Below are positions 38,239 through 51,051 of a stretch of 64,000 nt of DNA, piece by piece (position 1 is the first letter of the stretch; the number at the start of each line of letters is the position of its first letter). The notes under the pieces are model-generated. The model was not told the DNA's origin and made no database searches. It was given only the letters and a program-made list of their open reading frames with translations. This stretch comes from Felis catus (Eukaryota), in assembly GCF_018350175.1 (NCBI RefSeq), contig NC_058368.1, positions 25,484,001-25,548,000 of the forward strand, read 5' to 3'. A program made the translations under genes and the position numbers.

Positions 38239-40503
38239 AAAAAGGTACTATTGATAAGGTGCATCCTATAAGCAACAAAAATGTGTTTAAGATAAAGGTA
38301 TTAAGAGGATATAATATTCAGAAGGTAGATAATCAATATAAACAGTAGCAATTTATTTTCCCAACAAAAGGTATATGAAGTCAGTGTTGAAACACTTGGG
38401 GGGGTGGGTAGTTTTTTACAGAGGTGAAATTCACATACTCATTTTAGTGAGCAATTCAGCGGCACCTCATACATTCAGGATGTTGTACAACCACCACCTT
38501 TATCTAGTTCAAAAATATCGCATCACCAGTCCCCCCTCCCTCTGGCTTTTACTTTCTTGGACGTGACACTATATATGCATTAAGTATCTGTGTGGAACAT
38601 ACGGCCATTATTAGGAGTTCCTAACCTGACTGCAGAGTTTCCTAAAAGTATATACACTAGGGCCCTACCTACTGAATGAAGATCTCGGGGACATTGCGAG
38701 CATCTGTGTTGTTACTGAAAATCAGCCAGTTAAATACATGGCAGCCAATTCACACCTTGGAATACTTACTACTTAAATTCCCATTTTAAATAGTTAATGC
38801 TCAGTGATGATGTTACAGGTGATCCTTCTTTTTATTCATCTTATTTAGTACTGATTTTTTTCCTACACACGTATGTGTGTGTGTCTTTATATATACAGAC
38901 ACACATACGCACACAAGCCATCCTCCAAAATGTTAGCAGAACTTTATGCGAAAGGGAATTATAACTGATCTCTAACTTAAAGACAAACACAACATTTTTT
39001 TTAAAGACTATTTTGTCATATGACCTCATGCCATCTCACTGAGTCACTTTCCGTTTTCCTGCCTCACCTTGTTTGTTTTACTGGTTTAGTTTTAATGGCT
39101 ACTTTTGGCTACTTTTTCTTCCATCGGTGTTTTTAATTAAATCAAAACCCAAAAGAGCTCTGGATTATACTCATATGCAAGTACCCCAGTAGAGCTCCAA
39201 ACCATTGTGGAATTGCCTCCCCCTGGGTTTGAATCACGTGGATGGAGCACACACCCATTTGGTCCTATTCCTGTGAACCACCACCATAAACTGATCTTCC
39301 ACAAATGCGCATCCATTCCTGTACTCCCGGTTACACTGTAAGAAAGTACTTTCGATTCAATTCCAATTTTTAAAAGTTAGCAAGAAGAGGGTAAAAATTA
39401 CCTTTGGACTCTTCTCTTTTCCTTTCTGAACGCTAGGACTAGATTCCGGATCAGTTAAGCTTACTGCCCACCTTCCCAGGTTAATGCTTACTGTGTCAAA
39501 GAAAGAATATGTTGGCTTAAACAGCAACCAGAGAGTGTCAGTAGTCAGTCAAACACCCGAACTAAAAAGGTTCTAGCTAAGACTGGAATGGAAGACGTTA
39601 TGTCCCCAAAGCCATGCTGGCCACAGCCAGCTGAGATGGGGCGTCAGCTATCCCAAGCTGCAATCTTTGGTAAGCTAAATCATTTCTTTGTTCTGGAGCT
39701 CTCTTTGTCCTAGCACAATTTTGGGCGGGGGGGTGGGCGGAATCCCGACTCTACTCAAGTCCCAACACTGACAGGCCAGCACAGTCAGGCAGACTGATGT
39801 GTCCTTAGCAGTCTAGTGTCTGGGCAACATCTTGGCCTGAGATCCAGGGAAGGAATCACAACTTTGCAAAAACTCCAGTGCCAGATAATGGTGCTTGGGA
39901 ATCACTTCCCACTCTGCACTCCTCTTCTAGGCCATACCCTCTGGCCAGACCAAACCCAGTGACCACTTCTCTGCTGCCTTATAAACACAATACTAACAGC
40001 AACAGCCTTCATTATCAAATATCTGATATGACAGGCATTGCTGTACGTTTTCCACATAAAGGATTTTATTTCATCCTTACAAGCCTATGAAGTAGGTATC
40101 CTTATCCACATTGCACAACTGAAGAAAGACCACCTCAGAGAGGAAGAGTGACTTTCCCTAGTCGCACAGCTACAAAGTACACAAACTAAGGTCTCCCTGA
40201 AGGAACACGTGATCTGTACAAAGCCAGACACTATTTTTCCAAAGTCCGTTAAAAAATATTTGGGGGTGGGGCACCTGGGTGGCTCAGTTAAGCGTAGGAC
40301 TTCGGCTCAGGTCATGATCTCACAGCTCACGAGTTCGAGCCCCTCATCGGGCTCTGTGTGGACAGCTCAGAGCCTGGAGCCTGCTTTGGATTCTGTGTCT
40401 CCGGCTCCCTCTCTGCCCCTCCCCCGCTTATTCCGGCTCCCTCTCTGCCCCTCCCCCGCTTATGCTCTGTTTCTGTCTCTCAAAAATAAATAAACCTTAA
40501 AAA

Positions 40504-40535
<32 letters not shown>

Positions 40536-41339
40536 TAGGAGGTGGGAGGGTAGGAAATTCTGCACGTTCTGAATAAACGTGTAATTTTTCTGCAAAGGAA
40601 ATACAAACTTCCCATCTATTTTTTTAAGTGTTACTTGAGTAAAAATGTCTATACAAATAAAGGATTCTAAAGGCTTCTCCCTACACTTAAGATATGTACT
40701 AAGTTACCATATCCCCTCTCCTCTGTTTTCTCTTAGTACTTATTTTCTCCTTACCTCATTTGCACAGGTGCAAAGAGAGGTAAAATACGGTACGGTAATT
40801 GCTGCTGGAACTTTTGAAAGCTTTCCAAGTTCCTGTTATATAATTAATTCTGCGTAAGTTCTTTCAAATTTACGTGTGTTCCCTTTTCAGTCTACAGTCT
40901 GAAACTGCAATCACGGTCTCTAAAATGATCCCTCTTAAATCTTTATTCCCCATATGTCTGCCTTTCATTGGACTTTCCCTATTTCCAACTGCCTTTAAAG
41001 GTACAGTATGCAAAATAAGCTCATCACAGACCTATGCAACGTGAAATTGAAAAGGCATCTTAGAAGTCATACCTCATGTCACATGAATTAACTGAGCCCA
41101 CAAACACAAAACTTGGCAGCGGCAGAGCCAAGACCAGATTCATTCCTTTCAACTTTTTTCACTACAACAGGAGGACAAATCGACCCCTGCAGGGCAGTCC
41201 CGACATTGTTCTGCTATTCTTGCGCAGGAGCGACAATGCTGAACCCTGCAAACGCTTTACATCAAGTTACTTACACCTAGAAAGGCGCTACAGTGCAGCG
41301 CTACATGAACCTTCCAAGCTAATGAACTACCCCCGTCCC

Positions 41340-42345
41340 TCCAAAGGTGAGCCAACCCGGCGTGTCCGGGAGCAATTCAGAGTACAGCGAGCGTGCCCTC
41401 TCCCAGAGTGGGAAGCTCGCTGGCGCCCGGGCTGCACACTCTGAATGAACCCGAGTGGGAGGGATGCAGAGACAGGAGAAACGTACCGCGGGGGCCAGGG
41501 CACACACGCCGAGGTCCCGCATGGGCCTCACACTTGGGATCTGAGACGCTGGGGCAGGAGTCACCCCACGCCCCCAAGCGATGAGGCCCGGGAGCCGGCG
41601 CCCCTGCCGGAAGAGCGGGGCCAAGCCCCGGAACCTCGCGCCCCGGGCAGCCGGGCCCCGCACGCAAACCCGGGAGCAGCGGCAGCCCCCGAGCACGCCC
41701 GGCCGCGTCGGCGCTCTCAGGGACCGCAGTCCGACCGCAGTCCCAGTCCCGGCCGAGGCCGACCGGAGGGGCAGCACCGCCCGCGGCGGGGCAAGGAGTC
41801 CCGGGCCGGCTGGTCGCGGACACCGTGGCGAAAGAGAGTTGGGCGGGCGGAGGAGCGAGCTGGAGCAGGCGCGGAGCGGCCATCGCGGCCGCGGCCCGGT
41901 GGTCAGGCACTTACCCGGCGCCGGTGGCTCCGCAAGTCCTCCTACCCACGCTCAGCTGCGACCAGACCCGGCCAGCACCGAAGCGGGAGAACACGCTGCA
42001 GCGCAGCGAGGGCAGCACAGCAGCTTGCGTCCGGCCCCGCCCACCCCGCCCTCGTGGGCCCGCCCCCCGCCACGGCTCCCATTGGCCGCTCCGGCCGCGG
42101 CCACGCCCATGGCAGCGGGCGACTGGCTGGCAGCGGAGGCACCTAGATATTGAGTCGCCGGCTCCCCACCGACAAGGGTGGTAGCTGTCGGGGACTCGGT
42201 GACACCTCCCACGGCCTTGGGTCTCGACTCCGCAGTGAAAGAGAAACTTTAGGGAACGCACCGAGAGCCACGGAACAGGAGGCTTCTCAGGGTGCTGATT
42301 CTGTGTCCACGTGAACCTCCGAAGTCAGAGGAAGTAAACAAACTT
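41340..42345 (-). promoter_or_regulatory. CpG-island, TATA-less promoter of SLC25A30
   Basis: Very CpG/GC-rich. GC boxes at 42035-42066, CCAAT (plus attgg 42081-42085), KLF-like ccacgccc 42101-42108, E-box CACGTG 42308-42313, GGAAGTAAACA (ETS/forkhead-like) 42330-42340. Confidence 0.88.
41915..42030 (-). other. SLC25A30: SLC25A30 non-coding exon 1 (TSS approximate)
   Basis: Strong donor CGG|gtaagtg at 41915/41914 inside the CpG island, just downstream of GC boxes and CCAAT; no ATG in the exon. Confidence 0.75.
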
Positions 42346-44780
42346 GCACTTCTTTTTTTTATCCCAGTGTTTTAGTTTGAAAAATTTCAAAACCGACTGA
42401 AGAGTTGAAAGATTAGTGCTATGGACAGTGTGCACTTCTCTCAATGCTACCATTCAATGCTACCATTTCACATTTGCGTTCTCTTCACTAGATAGATCCC
42501 CCCCCCCTTTGTAAAGTTGCACACAACGCTGCTTCACCCCTAAATACCTCACCACTATCACATGCAAGAAATTTAATGCAACTTCTGTTATATCATTTAA
42601 CATACTGTTTTTTTTTTTTAATTCCCTTTGTTGTCTCAAAACGTCATAGACAAGCACACGTGCACACACACGTCTTTGAAAAATTCAGGCTCTACCCAAG
42701 ATTCACCTGTTTTGCTTAATAACCTGTCTTTATAAACTCCTGTAGTCTACTACCCAAGTTCTAGCACTCCCACCTTTTAAAAATCTTTCATCACTTGGAC
42801 GTATTTGAAAAGTCCAGGCCAATTGTCTTGTACACTGTATCAATTTAGATTTATCAAATTGTTTCCTCGTGATTAGATTCACTTTATTTTTTATTTATTT
42901 ATTTAATTTTTTGAGAGAGAGAGAGTATGAGCGGGGAAGGGCAGAGAGAGAGGGAGACAGCATCTGAAGCAGGCTCCAGGCTCCAAGCTGTGAGTACAGA
43001 GCCCTACGTCGGGGGGTGATGTCCTGAACTTGGAGATCATGACCTAAGTCGAAGTCAGACACTCAGTCTCAACTGACTGAGCCACCCAGGCGCCCCTCTC
43101 ATGATTAGATTCAGGTTAAACATTTTAGTAAGAAAAGTAGGAGGCGATGTGTATTTCCACAAGAAGGCACAGTGTTCTTTAGTCCCATTATCCGTGATGC
43201 CAAGATGGATCACTTAGTCCAGACATGGGCTGGCAGATCTCTCCACAAAAATACTGTCAAAAGTTCAGAAATGATAGAACTAAAACCAATGAATCATCAA
43301 ACTAACAATCAGTAAAAGTTTATTGTGCACACATCAGGAAGACAGTTTGCAAACAGGAAGCACTCAAACCAAACACGGAATGAGGCTCAGGAGTATGTTG
43401 TCATAAAGCAGCTAATACAGCAAGGGAGCAGTGGCTGCTTTTCACAGTGATTGGTTATGAAATGAGAATTCTCCTAAATGACAAGGAATTGATCAGTGGT
43501 TACCTCCTATCAACCTTAAGAGTTCAAGTCTTGCTTATGATTGCCAGAGGCATGAGCAAGAAATGACCCAGAGCGAGTTAGTCTTGCAAATTGAGTGTTG
43601 TATGATGAAACTGGTTTTGTCTGCTCAGAGAATTTTCCAGGCTGGTCTCCGTTTGTTTTTTATTTTGACAACCCCTCTCTCCCACCGCAACAGAGATTAT
43701 CTGCAGTAATAGGCTGAACCCAGCTAATATTTTTGTCCAGGGGGTGTAGCACGCACTCATGAACACTTACCAGATGGTGATTTTTCTAATGCTATCTATC
43801 AATCTTTCTACCTGTCTAAAGAAGAGTACCCCCTTTTTTCTCCTTTTCTCTTTTTCCCCCTGCTTCTCAACCCAGTCGCACCTCCTTTCCCCTCCTGTTC
43901 GAGTAACAGTGTGGACTCTTGCATTTTTTTTAATTCAATTTAGTTCAGTTACTATGATCAAATACCCCAGTATTATTTTTGGTGCTCAAATTGCCCATAT
44001 TTGGCCAGTGGAAAGCCCCACACCTGGCTCCTTTATTCTTATATATATCCTATCAATCTTTGAGCACTTTCTTCTTTTCTAACACAAGACCTACTAACTT
44101 TTCATTGACTGTTCTGTGCCCTAGACAGGAAAACCCTAGTTCCTTTCAATAGGAAATGGCACTTAGAAAATTCGATCTGAGTACTTGCTGTGCTCACTGC
44201 TTACTGGGATGTTATTCTTCTCCTTAAATGAAAACCCTAATTCCCGATTTAAAAGGTATCTTAGAATATCCCCTCTCCTCCATTTTCAGCATCAATCTAT
44301 GGGTTCATTTATTCTACAGTGTACAGAAAATAGTTGAGACTTACATACCTGTACTATCAGCAGCAACAAAACTTCTAAACTCAAGATTTCTTCACGGTTC
44401 TTTGTATCTTTATAACACATCCTTCTAAATGGTGTACAGGTAGAGTACCACACTCAAATGTTACTTGAATTAATTGCTTGTTGGTATGGTTATGTTCTCT
44501 ATTCGAAATACTGCTAGGTTTGCTATTTTTCTTTGCATCAATGTTAGAGTTTGCTTTTTTCATCTTTTTCCTTTGGTTCCATGTATAAATGGATAAAGCA
44601 TTTGAATGGATAAAGCATTCACGTGGTTCAAAATAAAATCTTACAAAGGTTAAACTCCCTGCCCATTCCCTGCACTCTGGTCCCACTCACTTCTGAGCCA
44701 TAAGCACTTTCCTTAGGTTCTAGTTCATTCTTCCATTGTCCCCCAAGTAAAGAAATATAAAATTGTATATAAGTATATTT
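42345..44780 (-). mobile_element. Ancient L1 (L1MC/ME-like) 3' region fragments with nested SINE and LTR
   Basis: Typical antisense L1M 3' tracts (tttgaaaagtccaggccaattgtcttgt, tggtgctcaaattgcccatatttggccagtgg). Confidence 0.55.
43255..43670 (-). mobile_element. Probable solo LTR
   Basis: Inverted termini TGTCAAAA...TTTTGACA, ~416 bp, minus-strand AATAAA near 43320; TSD not clear. Confidence 0.55.
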
Positions 44781-44784
44781 GCTA

Positions 44785-45260
44785 ATTATCTATTGCTGTA
44801 TAACTAAGCTTACCAGCTTAAAATAACAAACATGTATTAGCTCCCAGTTTCTGTGGGTCAAAAATCCAGAGGGGCCCCGGAAGCACCTGTAGCCCCAGGC
44901 CTCCCAAGAATGCAATCAAAGTGGCACTTGGGGCTGCAGGCGCGTCAAGGCTTCACTTGGGGAGAATCTGCTTCCAAGTGCGCTCAGCCTGGCCGTTGGC
45001 AGGTCTTAGAAGATCCTCTTTCAAGCTCACTCACATGACTGTTGGCAGGGCTCATGTCCTCACTGGCCACTGGCCAGTGTATTAGTTTCCTCACGGCTGC
45101 CATAACAGATTACCACAAACTGGATGGCTTTTAAAAACAAGAATTGAGGGGCGCCCGCGTGGCTCAGCTGGTTAAGTGTCCGACTTCGCCTCAGGTCACA
45201 ATCTCATGGTTCGTGAGTTCAAGCCCCACGGCGGGCTCTGTGCTGGCAGATCAAAGCCTG

Positions 45261-45302
<42 letters not shown>

Positions 45303-46242
45303 CTGCCCCGCTCACTTGATCCCTCTCAAAATAAATAAATAAACTTAAAAATTAAAAACAAGAATTCATTCTGTCTTCTGAAGGATAGAAGTCTAGACTC
45401 GTGATGTTGGCAGGGCCATGTTCTCTCTGGAGGCTCTACAGGAGAATCCCTCCTCATCTCTCTCCTAGTGTTGCACATTGGCCGGCCACCCTCAGCATTC
45501 CTTGGCCTGAAACTGCATAGCTTCAAATTCTGCGTCTGGTGTTCTTCCCTCAGTATATGTGTCTCTGTGGTCAAATCTCCTCCTTATAATGACGTGACTC
45601 ATAGGAGCAGGGCCCAGAGGCCTCTTTTGTCCCTCATTACTACAGCATAGTTCTTCATTGTATGGATGGACCCAGGGCATTTACTCAACTTCCTGAGTGT
45701 GATAGGCCAGGTCCGAAGACGGGCTCCAAGATTCTTGGTCATACGCACACCTTCTCTCAGCCATTCAATCAAACACTCATGTAGGTGTGGCTGTGAAAGG
45801 ACTTTACATATGTCTTAAAGTCCCAAACCAGTCGATCCTATGATAGAGAGATTGTCCTAATCACACAGGCCCTTTAAAAGCAGGGTTTCCTCTCGCTGGT
45901 CTCAGAAGGGAAGTCAGAGTTGCAAATCACAAGAGGGATTTGACGCCACCGGTGTGAAGATGAAGAGCTGCGTGGCAAAGAATGCGGGTAGCCTTAAGGA
46001 GCCGACAGTGGCCCCCGGCTGACACCCAGCAAGGACCTGCCACCGTAAGAAACTAAGTTCTGCCAACAATAGGCATGAGCTCAGAGGTAGATTCATCTTC
46101 TGACTGAGCCCCGCGATACCCTGAGCAGAGAACCCAGACACCATGTTAGATTTCTGGTCGACAGAGCTACGAGCTGATAAGTAGGTGTTGCTTTCAGCTA
46201 AATTTGCAGTAATGTATTAGGCAGTGATAGAAGACTAATACA
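44785..46242. mobile_element. Cluster of MaLR (MLT1) LTRs: minus-strand pieces 44785-45650, plus-strand copy ~45699-46242
   Basis: tgtattagtttcctcacggctgccataacag; ends gcagtgatagaagactaataca. Confidence 0.7.
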
Positions 46243-47624
46243 CGTGGCATGCAGGTTGTTTGCAACACTTAGCTATGGCAAATAATAGCATAATGAATAC
46301 GCTTTTGCATAGATCGTTTTTATTGGAGGAGGGGTCGCTTCAGGGTAAACTCCTGGAAGAATCGCTGGGTCAAAGAGTAAACACAGATGGACGGAACCTG
46401 CATGTATTGCTGCAAAGAGCCATGGCAGCAGTCTTTACATTCATCGGTTCCTTCGGGCCAAAGAGGCATCCTTTCCATTTACAGATGAAGGAACGAGGTT
46501 CCCGGAGGTGATGGCCTCTGCCTGGGTCCAGAGCTACCTCTCTCTCATTCCCTTCTCTTGTTTCTCCAGTGCGCCCGGCTTGAGCTGACACAATCTCTTC
46601 TTTACTCTCCAACTTGAATTCTGAAAGTGAGTCCTTGGAGTTCTGTGAACACACTGTTTCGCTATTGATACAGTTTGGACATGCTTGGCCGGATCCCAAG
46701 AATCCTGCCATAAAAACAAATGCAATCCCCAGCCTGCGGGGGGGGGGGGGGGGGGGATCATTGCAATGCTACCCTTTTATGGCAGGGAAAGAAATACATG
46801 ACTTCCTACCCCTTCAGGCTACCCTACCTCCCCGCTCTCATCTCACCAAGTCCAGCCCTTTCCAGACTCACAACTGAATGGCATCTGCACAAAAAGGTAC
46901 TGAATTCGCCCCTTTCCTATCCATCCTTCAGACTCCAAATTCCTCTATTACTCTATGCCCCGCCAGCCTCTGCTAATATGCATATAATTCTTAGCAACAC
47001 ACACATATAATATCTAGTCATTTGTATTTAGTACTTCGTAATACACAATTCCCAACCTTTCGAGTATGAGGATCCCTTTGTAAGGTAAACTAAATTTTGA
47101 AAAACTCTGGAGTCCCTAAAACATGGAGAGGAGTATTTTTAGCATCCATCAAGAAAATGCATGCTGAACCTAAGGATACAAGAATCTTGGATTATTATCA
47201 AAGGGTCTTGATCCACAGGTTGGAAACCACTGTTCTGGGGAACAGTAACTCGGTTACATCATCATAATCAGGTTAGAAACACGTGTCAAGGGGCACCTGG
47301 GTGGCTCAGTCGGTTAAGCGTCCAACTTCAGCTCAGGTCACGATCTCACAGTTCGTCGTGGGTCTGAGCCCTATTCTGCCTTATTTTTTTTTTCAACGTT
47401 TATTTATTTTTGGGACAGAGAGAGACAGAGCATGAACGGGGTAGGGGCAGAGAGAGAGGGAGACACAGAATCGGAAACAGGCTCCAGGCTCTGAGCCATC
47501 AGCCCAGAGCCTGACGCGGGGCTCGAACTCACGGACCGCGAGATCGTGACCTGGCTGAAGTCAGATGCTTAACCGACTGCGCCACCCAGGCGCCCCATAT
47601 TCTGCCTTATTTTAAATAACTCCT

Positions 47625-47683
47625 GGAGGAGGAGGAGGAGGAGGAGGAGGAGGAGGAGGAGGAGGAGGAGGAGGAGGAGGAGG
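47625..47683 (+). repeat. (GGA)n trinucleotide repeat
   Basis: Read directly, about 19 units. Confidence 0.92.
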
Positions 47684-47837
47684 ATGTATCTGAGACATCT
47701 GGTCACCTTCCCGTCCCCTTGGCAAAGAGGAGCAGTAGTGAGCCATAGCTACTCCCAACAAGAACACTGGATAGGCAAGTGTTCCCAGCTGGTATACTGG
47801 GAATAAGCCAGTGAAATTCTCTATCATTATATCCTGT

Positions 47838-48045
47838 GCCATGGTTCTCAACCAGATTCTACCACCCCAGAGGACATTTGACCATGTCTGAAGACATTTT
47901 TAGTTTTCACAACTCCACGGTTCCTACTGGCATCTATTGGGTAGGGATCAGGGATGCTGCCAAACATCCTCCAATGCCCAGGGAAGGCCTCGCACAACGA
48001 AGAATTATCAAAATGGCAATAGTGTGGAGGTTTGAGAGATTGTTT
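47838..48045. mobile_element. MER20-like hAT DNA transposon relic
   Basis: ccatggttctcaacc...ggacatttgaccatgtctgaagacattttt...ctactggcatctattgggtag...agggatgctgccaaacatcct. Confidence 0.75.
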
Positions 48046-48299
48046 TATAGGAATGTTGCTTTGGGCGTATGTTTTTCTCGGCTACAGGTGCTTTTCTTAG
48101 AACACATCTTGTGTGTAGGCCAGGGAGTGTTTATATGAGACACCTGCAGCTCCTCAAACATGCAGGTGCTCCCTTTCACTTCTGGGACCTTCTATGAGCT
48201 GAACTCTTTCTCTTGCTAATGCCCTCCCATCATTCAGGCCTCACATTGGAGGTCATCTCCAGGATGTGTCTCCTAATCCCTCCTTCATCCAAGAGGCTA

Positions 48300-48827
48300 C
48301 CGTGGTAGACAGAACAGGGGCCCCCAAAGAAGCCTATGTTCTAATCCCTGGAATCTGTGAATGTGTTAGGGTACAGGGCAGAGGGGAATTAGATTGCAGG
48401 TGGAATTAAGGTTGCTTACGTGCTGACTTGTAGGTGGGGGGTTATCTTGGACTATCCGGTGGGCCCAATGTAATCCTTGGGGTCCCTATCAGTGGAAAAA
48501 GGAGACAGAAAAGTCAGAGGAGATAGGACTATGGAGACAGGTCAGAGTGATCTGATGTAAGAACTCCTCCCTCCCTGTTGGCTTTGAAGATGGAAGAAGC
48601 CATAAGCCAAGGAATTCGGGCAGCCTCTAGAAGCCGGGAACGTCAAGGAAACTAATTCTCCCCTAGAGCCTCCAAAAAGGAGCACAGCCCTGACAATGCC
48701 TTATTTTCGCGTAGTGAGTCCCATTTCAGACTTCTGACCTCCAGAACGACGAGATGATAAAATGCATGCCACCTCATGCTACTGAGTTTGTGGTCATTTG
48801 CTATGGCAGCAATAGGACGCTAATGCA
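48300..48827 (+). mobile_element. MLT1D-like MaLR LTR
   Basis: ctaatccctggaatctgtgaatgtgttag...ggaattaaggttgct...gcagcaataggacgctaatgca. Confidence 0.8.
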
Positions 48828-50998
48828 CTCTCCCTGACTCCCTGGCTGCCCCATCCCCCTGCCACGCTAACTGGGTCTGCACAGAGGTTGCTCTCACACA
48901 AGCCTCCTGTTCTCCCCTCGAAGCCCAGATCTCAGGCCGGGCCATGCCCGGGTCTGTGGGGCATGCTCCTGGCAACCTCACCTTCACTTCAGCCGGTCTC
49001 CCTGTAAACACTCAGGAATGGATTGAGTTTTTCGCCTCTGTACTTATTTGCACCCGGCAAGATGAAGGCAGCACAGTCAGGCAGGAGGGGAAACGAAAAA
49101 GTACAAGCCCCTCTGTGAAAATGGCTAAAAGGGCTCCTCCCGGCTAACTCCTCTCCCTCCACGGACGGACAGACGGACGTTCGGCCTGAGGATCTGGCAT
49201 CTTGCCAGTGAGAACTTAAAAAGTTATATATCTCCTTTATAATTCTCAGTGTCCTTGAAAGTAAAATCCACGTCATACTTTTAAGACGGTTTCTGTAGTT
49301 TTTAAAGGGAATGGATGAAATAATGAACATGGTGCCCTGCATGTAATAAACTTTGCTATCGCCACTGTCATTGTCATCGCCGTGATCGTCGCTGTTCTGA
49401 TCATCTCAGCTTATACACAAAAGGTTCTGCACCCTTAGGTAAAACCAGTATTGCTAGAATGTTAAAAGTCAAAAAGTCAAGCCTCTAATATTTCCTAGTG
49501 GTTTTGTTCTCAGTGCTTTCAACGAACTTTTATTGAGTAACACGGTTTCAAAAAAAACAATAGGAACACAGGGCACCTGTCTGGCTCAGTCGGAAGAGCA
49601 TGTGACTCTTGATCTGAATCATGGGTTGGAGCCCCAAGTTGGGTGTAGAGATTACTCAAATAAATAGATACATAAAATACAATAGGAACAGAAACCAAAA
49701 TGACTACTTAGTTGCTATGCTGGCTAGTTATATCTATGGCACGTCAAGAAAACTAACCAATTCAAGATGTAAAAAAAAAAACAACAACAACAACAAACTG
49801 AGCCTTAATTGGAATTGCCTGCATTTTTTAAAAAAATTTAAAAAAAAATTTTTTAATGTTTGTTAATTTTTTTTAGAGAGAGGAGAAAGAGAGTGTGGGG
49901 GAGAGGCAGAGAGAAAGGGAGATACTGAATCTGAAACAGGCTCCAGGCTCTGAGCTGTCAGCACAGAGCCAGACGCGGGGCTCAAGCTCATAAACCGTGA
50001 GATCATGACCTAAGCCAAAGTTGGACGCTTAACCCACTAAGGCACCCAGGCACCCCTGCATTTAAAAAAAATTTTTTTTCTTAACATTTTAAATTTATTT
50101 TGAGAGACCGAAGTGGGGGAGGGGCAGAGAAAGAGGGAGACACAGAATCCAAAGCAGGCTCTGAGCTGTCAGCACAGAGCCCGACACGGGGCTTGGACTC
50201 ACAGATCGTGAGATCATTACCTGAGCTGAAGTCAGACACTTAACCGACTGAGCCACCCAGGTGCCCCTCCTCTGCATTTTTTTTTTTTTTTAGTCAATCA
50301 TTTGACTAAATATTTTTTACCTCTAATTTTCTGGATTGCCTTCATGTCTTACTACCTAAGAAAACTATCAGACTTAAGTTTATCAGAAGCAAAATAAAAA
50401 AGGCAAATTATAATCTCCACCAGATGGAATAATGGCTTTTTCCATGAAAAAGAATTTGGGACAAGTGATCTGGGACACCTCATGCTGAGAGGCACAAATA
50501 TAAAAGGAACTAAACAGGTGGCTTCTGTGAGATAATTTTAGCCAGAGGACTCTGCAGCATGCTTCTTAGGAGTGTAAGGGAGGTCAGTGCCCTGGCCTGT
50601 GGCTCTAGAAATGCCCTAGAATGTTCAAGTACATTCACAAAATAACCGAGGACAGCAAAACCAGGACTGACACTGTTTTCACAGTTTGAAAGCCGAAAAG
50701 TTATACAACCATATGACAGCCGCGTTCTCAGTTCTCGGAACTTGCCCTCCGTGCAGACTGTCATGCTCGAGTTTTGCCTCTGGTAGAGTGTACGTGAGCC
50801 TCGCAGAAGGACTCTGAACACTCCCAGGACATTATCCTCCCGGTAACATTTGAAGGGTCAGGGTGGCAGGTGAGGCCGGCAGCTGGCAACCTCCAAATCC
50901 GAGCGGTTCAGACGGGACCATAGCCATTTATGTCCGTGGCTTTGAAACTTGTTAAACTATAGCCCACATTAGGAAACACATTTTACTTCATGACCCAG

Positions 50999-51051
<53 letters not shown>

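Noticed and set aside
41319..42261. Long overlapping ORFs (up to 233 aa) on both strands
   Set aside because: GC-rich CpG island lacks stop codons; low-complexity Arg/Pro/Gly/Ala translations with no recognisable domain.
47612..47851. Poly-proline ORF
   Set aside because: Reverse reading of the (GGA)n microsatellite.
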